Positions 39,457 through 49,342 of a stretch of 64,000 nt of DNA are shown one piece after another. The stretch is from the NCBI GenBank assembly GCA_963823335.1, contig CAWGLD010000001.1, forward strand, positions 1,056,001 through 1,120,000, read 5' to 3'. Source of the stretch: an uncultured delta proteobacterium (GTDB taxonomy: Bacteria; Desulfobacterota; Desulfobacteria; Desulfobacterales; B30-G6). The position numbers and the translations under genes were made by a program. The notes beneath the pieces are model-generated. The model ran no database searches. It saw only the letters and a list, made by a program, of their open reading frames with translations, and had not been told where the DNA came from. Each line of letters starts with the position of its first letter. Position 1 is the stretch's first letter.

Positions 39457-40857
39457 TTATTCCTTGATGCAGGCTAAAACATTTCCAATAAAGGCTTCGT
39501 GGCTCCAGGAATCATCGTGGGTGACACCCAGCCTCACGATGACGATATCACGTGACGGTATGATCGCAACGATCTGGAAATTGAAGCCACCCAGATAGGC
39601 CATGTCTTTTGGAAGCGATGGATACAATGTGTCTTCCGACTGGTCTTCTCGCCCGGCATTTAGCCAGAATTGTGCACCATACTTCCCTTTGGGTGCCTGG
39701 GGCGTCGGTGTCAGGGAATAATTCACCCAGCCTTCCGGCAGGATACGCACACCGTTCCAGACTCCGTCGTTCTTTATAAAAACGCCGAACCTGGCCCAAT
39801 CTCTGGCCGTGGCAAACATATAACTGGAGCCCACAAACGAACCGGATGCATCTGCTTCGATGATGGCTGAGTACATGTTGATGCGATCAAACAGTTCTCT
39901 TTGTGCAAAACTAATGACAGCGGGCAGAGAGCCACCAACTGTATCACGAACGATCCTGGCTAAAATGTTGGTTGTTCCACTGGAATAATACCATTCTTGA
40001 TCCGGTTTTGCCCTCAGGGGTTTTGCCGCGGCAAAGTCGGCCATGCTTTTTGATTTGTAAAGCATCTGGGTGGCATCTTTGAAGGGTGCATAGACCTCCT
40101 CGAATTCGAGTCCACTGGACATGCGAAGCATTTGATCGAGGGTTATGGCCCCTCTTTCATCACCAGGTGTCTGCCAGGCATCAACAGGCGCCGGCTGCAT
40201 GATGTCGAGTTTGCCTTTCCCTACCAGTATGCCTATCAGTGCATTGGTTATGCTTTTTGTCATGGACCATCCCAGCATGGGTGTTTGTAGGGAAAACTGC
40301 GTTTCATATTTTTCGGCAATGACCCTGTCCCGGTAAACGACGACAATCGCTTGCGTGTTTCGCATCGTGTCTGCTCCTGGTTCCTGAAATGCTTCTTCGA
40401 TTACCGCCATCAGCTTGTCCTGATCGACATTTTTAGGGATGCTGCCATAGTCAATGGTTTCACCCTGAGGCCAGTTTTCGTCGGACACTTTCTGCAGCTC
40501 CAGTTTTAGTCCCTTGCTCTGTTCCAACAGGTCATCGCGCGATGAGTCGACTGTCAAGGTGCACCCACAGCCGTCGCGATAAACGGCTGTGGCTTTGCTT
40601 AAAAACCCGAAAGCGGTAGCCGTCACTGTTTTATTGTCTCTGTCCACAGTGTTTGTGATGAATCTGAAAAGTGGATGTGTCGGGAGTACGTCATTCTTAA
40701 AGACCAGATCAGGATTCCTGTCTGCCAGAAAAACCTGAGAGCAGAGATATTTGGATGAATATCCAGAACCGACGATTAGGGCTGAATTTAGAAAATAAAT
40801 GCCTATGCCGATAGCAACGGCAAAAAATAATATCATTACTTTCAGGATTTTTTTCAT
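39457..40857 (-). CDS. Serine hydrolase (beta-lactamase class C-like), membrane-anchored or exported
   Basis: N-terminal hydrophobic segment; WSMTKS (SxxK), LRMSSGL, YYSSG; start at ATG 40857 with RBS. Confidence 0.88.
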   Translation of the reverse strand: MKKILKVMILFFAVAIGIGIYFLNSALIVGSGYSSKYLCSQVFLADRNPDLVFKNDVLPTHPLFRFITNTVDRDNKTVTATAFGFLSKATAVYRDGCGCTLTVDSSRDDLLEQSKGLKLELQKVSDENWPQGETIDYGSIPKNVDQDKLMAVIEEAFQEPGADTMRNTQAIVVVYRDRVIAEKYETQFSLQTPMLGWSMTKSITNALIGILVGKGKLDIMQPAPVDAWQTPGDERGAITLDQMLRMSSGLEFEEVYAPFKDATQMLYKSKSMADFAAAKPLRAKPDQEWYYSSGTTNILARIVRDTVGGSLPAVISFAQRELFDRINMYSAIIEADASGSFVGSSYMFATARDWARFGVFIKNDGVWNGVRILPEGWVNYSLTPTPQAPKGKYGAQFWLNAGREDQSEDTLYPSLPKDMAYLGGFNFQIVAIIPSRDIVIVRLGVTHDDSWSHEAFIGNVLACIKE

Positions 40858-40897
40858 TAGCACCTCTTTTTTAATTGAAGAATCTCGCGGCCTCGAC

Positions 40898-40938
40898 AAA
40901 CCGGAATTTTCGACAAGTTTCGGTGATAGCGCTCACTG
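40898..40938. repeat. Degenerate half copy of family A repeat
   Basis: AAACCGGAATTTTCGACAAGTTTCGGTGATAGCGCTCACTG aligns with 18318-18360 (CCGGAAATATCACAAACTT...GTAACAGCGAGCACTG). Confidence 0.5.
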
Positions 40939-41122
40939 TTGCAGTTCGGGTGTTTTTATTTTTATCCGAATAGGCTATGATCAAATACGTTAGGTATTTA
41001 TTCGGAATCCATGATTGGAGCATATCGCAAAAAAGAGAATATTTGGAATGGCTACCCATGTCAAACAGTTTACTGCTCATCCTTTGATCAATTATACACA
41101 TGGGTAGTGAGAGAATTTCATT

Positions 41123-42958
41123 ATGGGCATCTACGGCAAGATACTGAATGTCGACCTGACAGAAAAGCGACATTTTTTTTCACCTCTTCAGGACCTGACA
41201 TTAAAAACTTCCATCGGCGGAAGAGGGTTCAACGTGGCCTATCTGTATGACCGTTTTTCAGAGGAGATCGATCCTCTTGGAAAAGACAACTGTTTGCTCT
41301 TCAGTTGTGGTCTTCTCACCGGGACCGCCGCCCCGGCATCTTCACGTCTGCATATCAATGCCGTCTCACCCCTGACCGGTCTTTTGGGGAGTTCGAACAT
41401 CGGAGGCCAGGCCGGCGCATGGCTGCGGTCCTGCGGCCTGCAAAGCATCATTGTCCGAGGCCGATCAGACAATCTTGTATACCTGTATATTGAAGATGCT
41501 CGTGCAGAAATCCGCGATGCCCGCTTTTTAAAAGGTCTTGATACCTTTGAGACTCAGGAAAGAATCAAGGATGTCCTGGGAAACCGTCACCTGACCTGCC
41601 TGGTCATTGGTCCTGCAGGGGAAAACTTGGCCAGGTTCGCCTGTATCATATCCGGCAGGGATCACGCAGCCGGAAGGACCGGTATGGGTGCTGTCATGGG
41701 GTCAAAAAACCTCAAGGCCATTGTATTGGCAAAAGGGGGTAAAAGGAAGTTCCCGGTAAAAACATCCCTGGCCAGGGAGGCTGTCAAGCTATATGCCAAA
41801 AAGATCAAAGCCTCTCCAGACTTTAAAACCTTTGCGCAATATGGTGGCGCCGGATATGTGAAATGGGCCGACGACATGGGTATCATGCCCGCACGTAACT
41901 ATCGGGAAAATCGCTTTTCTCAGGTGGACAGCATCGATGGAAAACATCTGGACGTATTCAAACTCAAATCCAGCGGGTGCTACAATTGTCCGGTTCAGTG
42001 CAAAGCGATTCTCAGCTTTGACCGGAAAAAAAAACCTGAGAAAACAGCAACCCGGCCAGAGTTCGAACCCATGCTGAATATCGGTGCCAAATGTGGTCTG
42101 AATGATCTTGAGGCCATCGTTTATCTCGACAATCTTTGTTCAAAATTCGGCATCGATTCCACGTCAGCCGCCGCCACCATGGCGTTTGCCATGGATCTCT
42201 ATGGTCGCGGTATTTTGACCCGGAAAGACACCCATGGTCTGGACCTGACCTGGGGCAATGCCCATGTGATGGAAACCCTCATAACCCAAATGGCGTTTGC
42301 AGAAGGTTTTGGCGCGCTTCTCTCGAAAGGCGTCAGACAGGCCGCCAGGGTTATCGGTAAAGGTGCTGATCAATACGCCGCCCATGTCAAGGGGCTGGAG
42401 CTGTCTGCATATCACCCGGGAAGTATCATGGGTACGGCCCTGGGATACGCTGTTTCCAGTCGTGGTGGTGATTATAACAATGTGTATGCCTCCCTTGAAT
42501 ACCGCTGGTCCAAGGAGCAGGCCACCAGACATTTCGGTAGTCCGGAAGCCGTTGACATGCAGGCCACCCGCGGTAAGGGAAAGCTGATTCGCCGGGCCGT
42601 TCTGGTGAATATCGTTCTTGATTCCCTGGGGATATGCAAGGTGCCGGCCCTAAGTATGATCGGGACCTTCGACCTAAAAAGTGAAGCGACCCTTGCCAGT
42701 TCCCTGTTGAATCTTCCCGTTACAGCCGACGAACTCTTTGCAGTTGGAGATCGTATCGCAAGTCTGGAAAGGGGATTCAACCTGAGACAGGCGCCCGGTA
42801 TGGCCGGGGATACCCTGCCGTCCATGTTTATGGATCAACCCGGTTCTAATCTGAACCAGGAGACACTCGACGAAATGATAGGTGATTATTACACGGCCAT
42901 GGGCTGGGATAAAAATGGAAACCCGGACCCAGACTTACTGAAAGGCACAGGTAAATGA
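41123..42958 (+). CDS. Aldehyde:ferredoxin oxidoreductase family (W/Mo-pterin) protein
   Basis: IGGRG, SPLTG, IGPAGEN, GRTGMGAVMGSKNLKAI, CYNCPVQC, DSLGIC, YY..MGWD. Confidence 0.92.
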   Translation: MGIYGKILNVDLTEKRHFFSPLQDLTLKTSIGGRGFNVAYLYDRFSEEIDPLGKDNCLLFSCGLLTGTAAPASSRLHINAVSPLTGLLGSSNIGGQAGAWLRSCGLQSIIVRGRSDNLVYLYIEDARAEIRDARFLKGLDTFETQERIKDVLGNRHLTCLVIGPAGENLARFACIISGRDHAAGRTGMGAVMGSKNLKAIVLAKGGKRKFPVKTSLAREAVKLYAKKIKASPDFKTFAQYGGAGYVKWADDMGIMPARNYRENRFSQVDSIDGKHLDVFKLKSSGCYNCPVQCKAILSFDRKKKPEKTATRPEFEPMLNIGAKCGLNDLEAIVYLDNLCSKFGIDSTSAAATMAFAMDLYGRGILTRKDTHGLDLTWGNAHVMETLITQMAFAEGFGALLSKGVRQAARVIGKGADQYAAHVKGLELSAYHPGSIMGTALGYAVSSRGGDYNNVYASLEYRWSKEQATRHFGSPEAVDMQATRGKGKLIRRAVLVNIVLDSLGICKVPALSMIGTFDLKSEATLASSLLNLPVTADELFAVGDRIASLERGFNLRQAPGMAGDTLPSMFMDQPGSNLNQETLDEMIGDYYTAMGWDKNGNPDPDLLKGTGK

Positions 42959-44403
42959 CCGATATGGGAAATGGATTCAAACCCGAATTAAGAGTGTTGT
43001 CTCTGGAAGATAAAGAGAAAATTTTCAATGCTGCCTTACAGGTATTGGAAGGTGTGGGTATGCAGTTGTTCCATGACGAGGCTCTTGCTCTCATGGAAAG
43101 GGCCGGCAGTGTTGTGACAGGCAAGCAAACCGTCAAGATACCCCGAAAACAGGTGCTAAAAGCCATTGCTTCCGCACCGGAGAATATCCCCGTCTACAAC
43201 CGCGAGGGGGAACACGTAATGGATCTGGGCGGGCGAAGGGCCTATTTCGGTACCGGCTCCGACCTGATGTACGCTTACGACGCGGATAAAGGGGAACGTC
43301 ATTTGACCGGTCTGCCCGACATTGAGCGTGCGGCACGGGTGTGTGATGCCCTGCCGAATATCGATTTTATCATGTCTTTTGCACATCCCCAGGAACTGCA
43401 CCCCGACGCAGCCTATCTGGAGAGCTTTCAATGCATGGCGTTAAATTCCGTCAAGCCCATCGTGAATACAGCCAAGGACCGAGGCGATCTGTCCGCCATG
43501 TGGGAAATCAGCAAAATATTGCGGGGCAGCGAGGCGGATTGCCGTCAGAAACCCTACACCATCCAGTATGCAGAACCCATCAGTCCCCTCAAGCATCCCT
43601 ATGCGAGTATTGACAAACTTATTTTCTGTGCGGAAAAAGGCATGCCGGTCATCTACTCACCCGCTCCCATTGCCGGATCGACGGCGCCCATGACCATTGC
43701 CGGCCATGTTGTCCAGGGGTTGGCGGAATGTCTATTCGGGCTTGTCATACACCAGTTGATCACCGAAGGCGCACCGTTCCTGATGGGTATCGGCACCGCC
43801 GTGCTGGACATGAGCACGAGCCAGTGTTCCTACAATGCACCGGAATACCTGATGGCCTACCTGGCAACGGTTGAAATGAGTCACCATCTCAACTTGCCGA
43901 ACTGGGGCTATGCCGGAACCAGTGATGCGCAGATACCGGATGGCCAGGCAACCTTCGAGGCCGGCTTGATGTCTTATCTATCACTTGTTGCAGGATCGAA
44001 CCTGAACCATGATGTGGGGTATCTCGATTTTGGGCTGACCGGGTCTCTCGAAATGGTGGTCATCATGGACGAGGTAATCGATCAGATTCGCAGGATGCAA
44101 CAGGGAATACCCGTAAACGAGGAGACTCTGGCTGTACAGGTTATCGAGGAAGGCGCCCGCCGGGGCGAGTTTTTGTCCCACCCACACACCTTGACCCATT
44201 TGCGCAGCACCCAATGGCGACCCCAGCTCATGAACCGCATGGGGCATGATCAGTGGGATCTATCCGGCAGGAAAGATCTTCTGTTACGGGCCCGGGAAGT
44301 GTTGAAAAAAATCATGGATACGCATCAGGCAAGATCCGTCTCCAAGGACCAGGTCGTTCAGATTCAGGCCTGTATGGATCGGTTTCATAAAAATGTTCTA
44401 TAA
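42955..44403 (+). CDS. Non-pyrrolysine MttB-family methyltransferase
   Basis: YAEPISPL, GSTAPMTIAG, YNAPE, GYAGTSDAQ, HDVGYLD; ATGA overlap with the AOR gene. Confidence 0.9.
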   Translation: MTDMGNGFKPELRVLSLEDKEKIFNAALQVLEGVGMQLFHDEALALMERAGSVVTGKQTVKIPRKQVLKAIASAPENIPVYNREGEHVMDLGGRRAYFGTGSDLMYAYDADKGERHLTGLPDIERAARVCDALPNIDFIMSFAHPQELHPDAAYLESFQCMALNSVKPIVNTAKDRGDLSAMWEISKILRGSEADCRQKPYTIQYAEPISPLKHPYASIDKLIFCAEKGMPVIYSPAPIAGSTAPMTIAGHVVQGLAECLFGLVIHQLITEGAPFLMGIGTAVLDMSTSQCSYNAPEYLMAYLATVEMSHHLNLPNWGYAGTSDAQIPDGQATFEAGLMSYLSLVAGSNLNHDVGYLDFGLTGSLEMVVIMDEVIDQIRRMQQGIPVNEETLAVQVIEEGARRGEFLSHPHTLTHLRSTQWRPQLMNRMGHDQWDLSGRKDLLLRAREVLKKIMDTHQARSVSKDQVVQIQACMDRFHKNVL

Positions 44404-44482
44404 AAGGTGTTTTGCCGGGAGCAAATAAAAAGTAACCGTCGGGAGAAGGAAATCGGCTTCTGTTGACGGAGGGGCTTCTGTT

Positions 44483-44662
44483 TTATTCTGTTTGTTTCAG
44501 TTTCTCGATCTGTATCAGAAGGGCGTCATACGCATCCTCGAGTGTCAAAAGATCCATCATTACCGGTGGTTTCACGGAGTGAGCCGGTAGTCGTTTTTTT
44601 GTTTCGGTGATTTCTTCATCCAATTCTCGAAGTCTTTTTTTAAGCGTTTCCAATCGGTTCAT
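44483..44662 (-). CDS. Small coiled-coil hypothetical protein
   Basis: 59 aa with GGAGG RBS; heptad pattern flanking LPAHSVKP; follows gntR. Confidence 0.65.
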   Translation of the reverse strand: MNRLETLKKRLRELDEEITETKKRLPAHSVKPPVMMDLLTLEDAYDALLIQIEKLKQTE

Positions 44663-44707
44663 GCGTCCTCCAGACAGCAAACTCTCCAATAAAATCGTAC
44701 AACAATT

Positions 44708-45421
44708 TTACTTTTGGATAAGGTGATGCCATACATTGTCGAACATCTCCTGAGATGCTTTGTAGGCGGCCTCGGGGTCTTTTTGATCAATACCATTCAC
44801 GATGGCGACATGAAACGGCAGGGACTCTTTCTGAACGCCGATATCCGCCGTGTCGCTTTCTCTGGCTTTGTGCACCGCATTTCGGACCGTACTGCCTATT
44901 TGGGATAAAAGATCATTGTGACTTGCCCTGAGAATTTTTGAATGAAAGAGGATATCCAGGGACAGGTAGTCATCATACACATATCGATTTCCGTCACTTA
45001 ATATGGTCTGCATTTGCGACAGGGTGCCCCTGATGTCCGCCACTTCAGAACGCGTGGCCCTGCGGGCAGCCTGGCGGGCGGCCTCGGACTCGATCATTCG
45101 GCGCACCTCGGTGACATCTTTTAAAAACGTGGTCTTGTCTTCGATCTGCAGTCGCCAGACCAGGACATCCGGATCAAACAGATTCCAGTTTTCACGCGGC
45201 AGCACCTGGGTGCCCACCCGGGGACGGGTTTGGATCAGTCCTTTCTGCGTCAATACTTTGATGGCTTCGCGCAGAACACCGCGGCTTACGTGCAATTCCC
45301 CGCTCAGCTGATCTTCGGTGGGCAGCACTTCTTGTATACGATACTTTCCCCTGATAATCCGCTGGCCGATTTCATCGACAATATATTGATAAAGTTTGCG
45401 GTGGTAGGTGTTGGCATGCAT
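44708..45421 (-). CDS. GntR/FadR family regulator (DgoR-like)
   Basis: LPTEDQL..VSRGVLREAIKVL..KGL..RPRVGT; FCD domain D..FH..I..ASHN. Confidence 0.93.
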   Translation of the reverse strand: MHANTYHRKLYQYIVDEIGQRIIRGKYRIQEVLPTEDQLSGELHVSRGVLREAIKVLTQKGLIQTRPRVGTQVLPRENWNLFDPDVLVWRLQIEDKTTFLKDVTEVRRMIESEAARQAARRATRSEVADIRGTLSQMQTILSDGNRYVYDDYLSLDILFHSKILRASHNDLLSQIGSTVRNAVHKARESDTADIGVQKESLPFHVAIVNGIDQKDPEAAYKASQEMFDNVWHHLIQK

Positions 45422-45432
45422 GTTGTCACTCC

Positions 45433-45616
45433 ATAATTATATAATCATTGAATGATTATATCTTAAGTCATGTCGGACGTCAACTCAACCCCGACAGGGC
45501 ACAGTCATCGCGGGTCAACACCTAATAAAATAATTATATCAGTTAATTAATTGACAAAACAACCCTGTGGCGTAAAGGAAAAAGACTTGACATCAAAAAT
45601 ATAATTATATAATCAT
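45433..45616. promoter_or_regulatory. Divergent promoter region with duplicated operator ATAATTATATAATCAT
   Basis: Identical 16-mers at 45433-45448 and 45601-45616; half-sites at 45452 and 45530; TTGACA at 45551 and 45587. Confidence 0.7.
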
Positions 45617-45681
45617 ACTACAAATAAAGCATATTTAAAGGGGTGCAAGATGGTTTATAAAATTCTGAAAGGGAGGCGGAG

Positions 45682-46878
45682 ATGTCTTTAAAATACATTG
45701 CACTGGAAGAGCAATATGGTGCGCACAACTACAAGCCCCTGGATGTCGTTCTCAGCAGAGGAGAAGGTGTCTGGGTTTGGGATGCGGATGGAAACCGCTA
45801 TATGGATTGCCTGTCTGCCTATTCCGCGGTAAATCAAGGTCACTGCCACAAGAAAATTTTGCAGACACTCATGGATCAGGCACAGAAACTGACCTTGACA
45901 TCAAGGGCCTTTCGCAACGATCAACTCGGTCCCTTTTATAAAGAGTTGTGTGAACTGACCCGCTCTCACAAAGCCCTGCCCATGAACAGCGGGGCTGAGG
46001 CCGTCGAAACCGCCATTAAAACAGTACGCAAATGGGGGTATACGGTCAAGGGTGTTCCGGAAAACGAGGCCGAGATCGTTGTGTGTGAAAACAATTTTCA
46101 TGGCAGAACCATATCCATCGTCAGTTTCAGCACAGACCCACATGCACGCAAAGGATTCGGCCCTTTTACACCGGGCTTCAAGGTAATCCCCTATGGTGAT
46201 GCTGCTGCACTTGAGGCAGCCATTACACCAAAAACCGTGGCGTTTCTTGTGGAACCGATTCAGGGGGAGGCTGGTGTCATTATTCCCCCTGAGGGGTATC
46301 TCAAAAAAATCAGGAAGATATGTACCCAGGAGAACGTCATGCTTATTCTGGATGAGATTCAGACAGGATTGGGTCGTACGGGTAAGCTTCTAGCCGAAGA
46401 ACACGAAGGAATTGAAGCGGACCTGACCCTCATCGGCAAAGCGTTGTCAGGCGGTTTTTATCCGGTATCGGCTGTCCTGTCGAATTCAGAGGTCATGAAT
46501 GTCCTGCAACCCGGTGAGCACGGCTCGACATTTGGTGGCAACCCCCTGGCATGTGCTGTGGCGCGAACAGCCCTGAAGGTGCTAATTGACGAGGGTATGA
46601 TCGAAAATGCAGAAAAAATGGGTGCTGTCTTTTTAAACGGATTAAAACAGATCGCCAATCCCCTGATTAAAGATATTCGGGGGAAAGGCCTGATGCTCGC
46701 CGTGGAGTTTTACCCCAAAGCCGGTGGCGCTCGTCAATACTGTTTAAAGCTCAAAGAAAAAGGATTGCTCTGCAAAGAGACCCATCAAGACACGATCCGT
46801 TTTGCGCCGCCACTGATTATCACCCAATCGGAGGTTGAATGGGCTTTGGATATAATTGCCAACGTTGTCACTGCATAA
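45682..46878 (+). CDS. rocD: Ornithine--oxo-acid aminotransferase
   Basis: [68 protein letters not shown]. Confidence 0.93.
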   Translation: MSLKYIALEEQYGAHNYKPLDVVLSRGEGVWVWDADGNRYMDCLSAYSAVNQGHCHKKILQTLMDQAQKLTLTSRAFRNDQLGPFYKELCELTRSHKALPMNSGAEAVETAIKTVRKWGYTVKGVPENEAEIVVCENNFHGRTISIVSFSTDPHARKGFGPFTPGFKVIPYGDAAALEAAITPKTVAFLVEPIQGEAGVIIPPEGYLKKIRKICTQENVMLILDEIQTGLGRTGKLLAEEHEGIEADLTLIGKALSGGFYPVSAVLSNSEVMNVLQPGEHGSTFGGNPLACAVARTALKVLIDEGMIENAEKMGAVFLNGLKQIANPLIKDIRGKGLMLAVEFYPKAGGARQYCLKLKEKGLLCKETHQDTIRFAPPLIITQSEVEWALDIIANVVTA

Positions 46879-46948
46879 ACCGTCAACGAACAAGCGACAC
46901 CGTCGCGGATTATAAAATCGGTCCAACGATTTTATGGAGGAAACAGAA

Positions 46949-48265
46949 ATGGTGGAAAATGTTATTATCATGGGCGCTGCCGGTCGGGATTTTCATAATT
47001 TTAACGTCTATTTCAGAGATAATCCGAGGTACAATGTCATCTGTTTTACCGCCACGCAGATTCCTGACATCGATGGGCGCCAGTACCCTTCCCAGCTTGC
47101 CGGGTCCATGTATCCCCATGGGATTCCCATAAGAAGTGATGAGCGATTGATGGAAATGATCAAAGAGGACAAGATCGACCTGGTAGCCTTTTCATACAGT
47201 GATGTCCCCCACACGGAGGTGATGCACAAAGCTTCTCAGGCCATCGCCGCCGGGGCAGATTTTATCATCATCGGCGCATCCTATACCATGATCCCCTCCA
47301 CGAAAAAGGTTGTTTCGGTTTGTGCCATACGGACCGGCTGCGGGAAATCCCAGACCAGCAGACAAATCGTACAGGTTCTCAAAGACGCGGGGGAGAAAGT
47401 CGTTTCCGTTCGTCATCCCATGCCTTACGGGGATTTGACCAAGCAGATTGTTCAGCGCTTTGCCACCTATGAAGATTTTGCGAAACATGCCTGCACCATT
47501 GAAGAACGCGAAGAATATGAACCGGTGGTTGATATGGGGGCCATCATATATGCAGGCGTGGACTACGAGAAAATACTCCGTCTGGCCGAACAGGAAGCGG
47601 ACATTATCGTTTGGGACGGCGGTAACAATGATACACCGTTTTACAAACCGGATGTGCATGTGGTGGTTTTCGACCCGCACCGTGTTGGTCATGAAACAAC
47701 GTTCCATCCCGGCGAAGCAAACATGCTGCTGGCCGATATCGCTGTCATCAACAAGGTGGACAGTGCCGATCCTAAGGATGTGGAAACGCTGAAGAAGACT
47801 ATCGCACGGCACAACCCCAATGCCCGAATTGTTTTAGCCGATTCAGAAGTAAGCGCTGATAACGGAGAAAGCATGCTGGGCAAACGTGTTCTGGTCATTG
47901 AGGATGGACCGACCCTTACGCATGGGAATATGACATTCGGTGCCGGTGTCATTGCAGCGCAGCGTTACGGGGCGGCAGAGATGGTGGATCCACGGCCGTA
48001 CCTGGTGGGATCTCTCAGGCAAACCTTCCAGACCTATCCGGAAATCGGTAAGGTGCTTCCGGCCATGGGATATGGCGACCAACAGGTGAAAGACCTGGAG
48101 GCGACCATTGATGCATGTGCGTGTGATATGGTTGTTTCGGCCACGCCCATAGATCTGACACGACTGGTGAAAATCAAGAAACCGATCCTCCGGGTCCGCT
48201 ATAACTACCGGGACAACAGCGTACCCACCCTGGGTGAACTTGTCATAGAAATGCTCAATTGTTAA
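46949..48265 (+). CDS. arcE: Arginine synthetase ArcE-like protein (usually annotated cyclic 2,3-diphosphoglycerate synthase/GTPase)
   Basis: MGAAGRDFHNFN, FTATQIP, RTGCGKSQT P-loop, RHPMPYG, TIEEREEYE, WDGGNND, EDGPTLTHG; flanked by rocD and carbamate kinase. Confidence 0.78.
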   Translation: MVENVIIMGAAGRDFHNFNVYFRDNPRYNVICFTATQIPDIDGRQYPSQLAGSMYPHGIPIRSDERLMEMIKEDKIDLVAFSYSDVPHTEVMHKASQAIAAGADFIIIGASYTMIPSTKKVVSVCAIRTGCGKSQTSRQIVQVLKDAGEKVVSVRHPMPYGDLTKQIVQRFATYEDFAKHACTIEEREEYEPVVDMGAIIYAGVDYEKILRLAEQEADIIVWDGGNNDTPFYKPDVHVVVFDPHRVGHETTFHPGEANMLLADIAVINKVDSADPKDVETLKKTIARHNPNARIVLADSEVSADNGESMLGKRVLVIEDGPTLTHGNMTFGAGVIAAQRYGAAEMVDPRPYLVGSLRQTFQTYPEIGKVLPAMGYGDQQVKDLEATIDACACDMVVSATPIDLTRLVKIKKPILRVRYNYRDNSVPTLGELVIEMLNC

Positions 48266-48279
48266 AACACTGTCCCCAA

Positions 48280-48303
48280 ACCGCCCATGCTTTGGCGGGC
48301 GGT
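48280..48303. other. Intergenic stem-loop between arcE and arcC
   Basis: ACCGCCC...GGGCGGT, no U tract. Confidence 0.4.
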
Positions 48304-48345
48304 CTATCGGAAAATATTTCTTTTTATTGATGAGATAGGAGGGGC

Positions 48346-49296
48346 ATGATGAATCATGACAGCATTGCTCCAGTAAAACCTACTTTGGTGATTGCCCTGG
48401 GGGGAAATGCGCTGATCCGGAAAGGGCAGCAGGGGACGATTTCAGAACAATTCGAGAATCTCAGAATTCCCATTGGCCAGATTGCAGGACTTGTCCATGA
48501 ATATAACATCATCATCACCCATGGCAACGGTCCACAGGTAGGGAATCTGATGCTGCAGCAGGAATCCTGTTTTGCAGTGCCTAAACTGCCCCTGGAAATA
48601 CTTGTGGCCCAGACCCAGGGACAGATCGGGTATATGATCGAATCGGTTCTGGACGAAGCGCTCATGGAACAGGGTGCGGATTTTCACCCCCTTGTTTCGT
48701 TGATCACCTACGTGGTTGTGGACAGAAAAGACCCTGCATTTGTCCATCCCACAAAACCTATCGGACCATGCTTTACAGCGGCCGAAGCCGAAAAACTGCC
48801 ATATCCCACCACCCAGACACCCAAGGGATTTCGACGTGTTGTGGCATCGCCCAATCCCGTAACCATCATTGAAAAAAGAGAAATCAAGCGATTAATAAAT
48901 GCCGGGTTCCTTGTTATCTGCTGTGGCGGCGGCGGCATTCCCGTGGTTCGAAACGGACGGGCTTTCAATGGTGTAGATGCTGTTATCGACAAGGACCTTG
49001 CCAGTTCTCTTCTGGCCATGGAAGTCGGCGCTGAACTGCTGGTGATCGCCACGGATGTGGATGGTGTTTTGGCTGACTTTGGTACGGATAAGGAAAAGCT
49101 GATACAACGTCTTTCAGTAAAAGAGGCCAGAGCGTTTTTAAACCATGACCATACCGGCAAGGGGTCCATGGAACCCAAGGTGGCGGCGGCTGTTCAATTT
49201 TTGGAACAAGGTGGCAAGCGTGTCGTTATCACCTGTCTTGATGCGATTGTCACGGGGGTCAAGGGAACGGCAGGCACTCAGATTGTTTGTGGATGA
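48346..49296 (+). CDS. arcC: Carbamate kinase
   Basis: ALGGNAL, THGNGPQVG, PTKPIGP, RRVVASP, GGGGIPV, AVIDKD, GSMEPK. Confidence 0.95.
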   Translation: MMNHDSIAPVKPTLVIALGGNALIRKGQQGTISEQFENLRIPIGQIAGLVHEYNIIITHGNGPQVGNLMLQQESCFAVPKLPLEILVAQTQGQIGYMIESVLDEALMEQGADFHPLVSLITYVVVDRKDPAFVHPTKPIGPCFTAAEAEKLPYPTTQTPKGFRRVVASPNPVTIIEKREIKRLINAGFLVICCGGGGIPVVRNGRAFNGVDAVIDKDLASSLLAMEVGAELLVIATDVDGVLADFGTDKEKLIQRLSVKEARAFLNHDHTGKGSMEPKVAAAVQFLEQGGKRVVITCLDAIVTGVKGTAGTQIVCG

Positions 49297-49342
49297 AGGT
49301 CTTCTATCATGACGGAAAATGATGAATCGATAAGCTGCAAGC

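Noticed and set aside
46949-48265. Cyclic 2,3-diphosphoglycerate synthase
   Set aside because: No 2-phosphoglycerate kinase nearby; the rocD/arcC context and GAAGRDFHNFN N-terminus fit ArcE.
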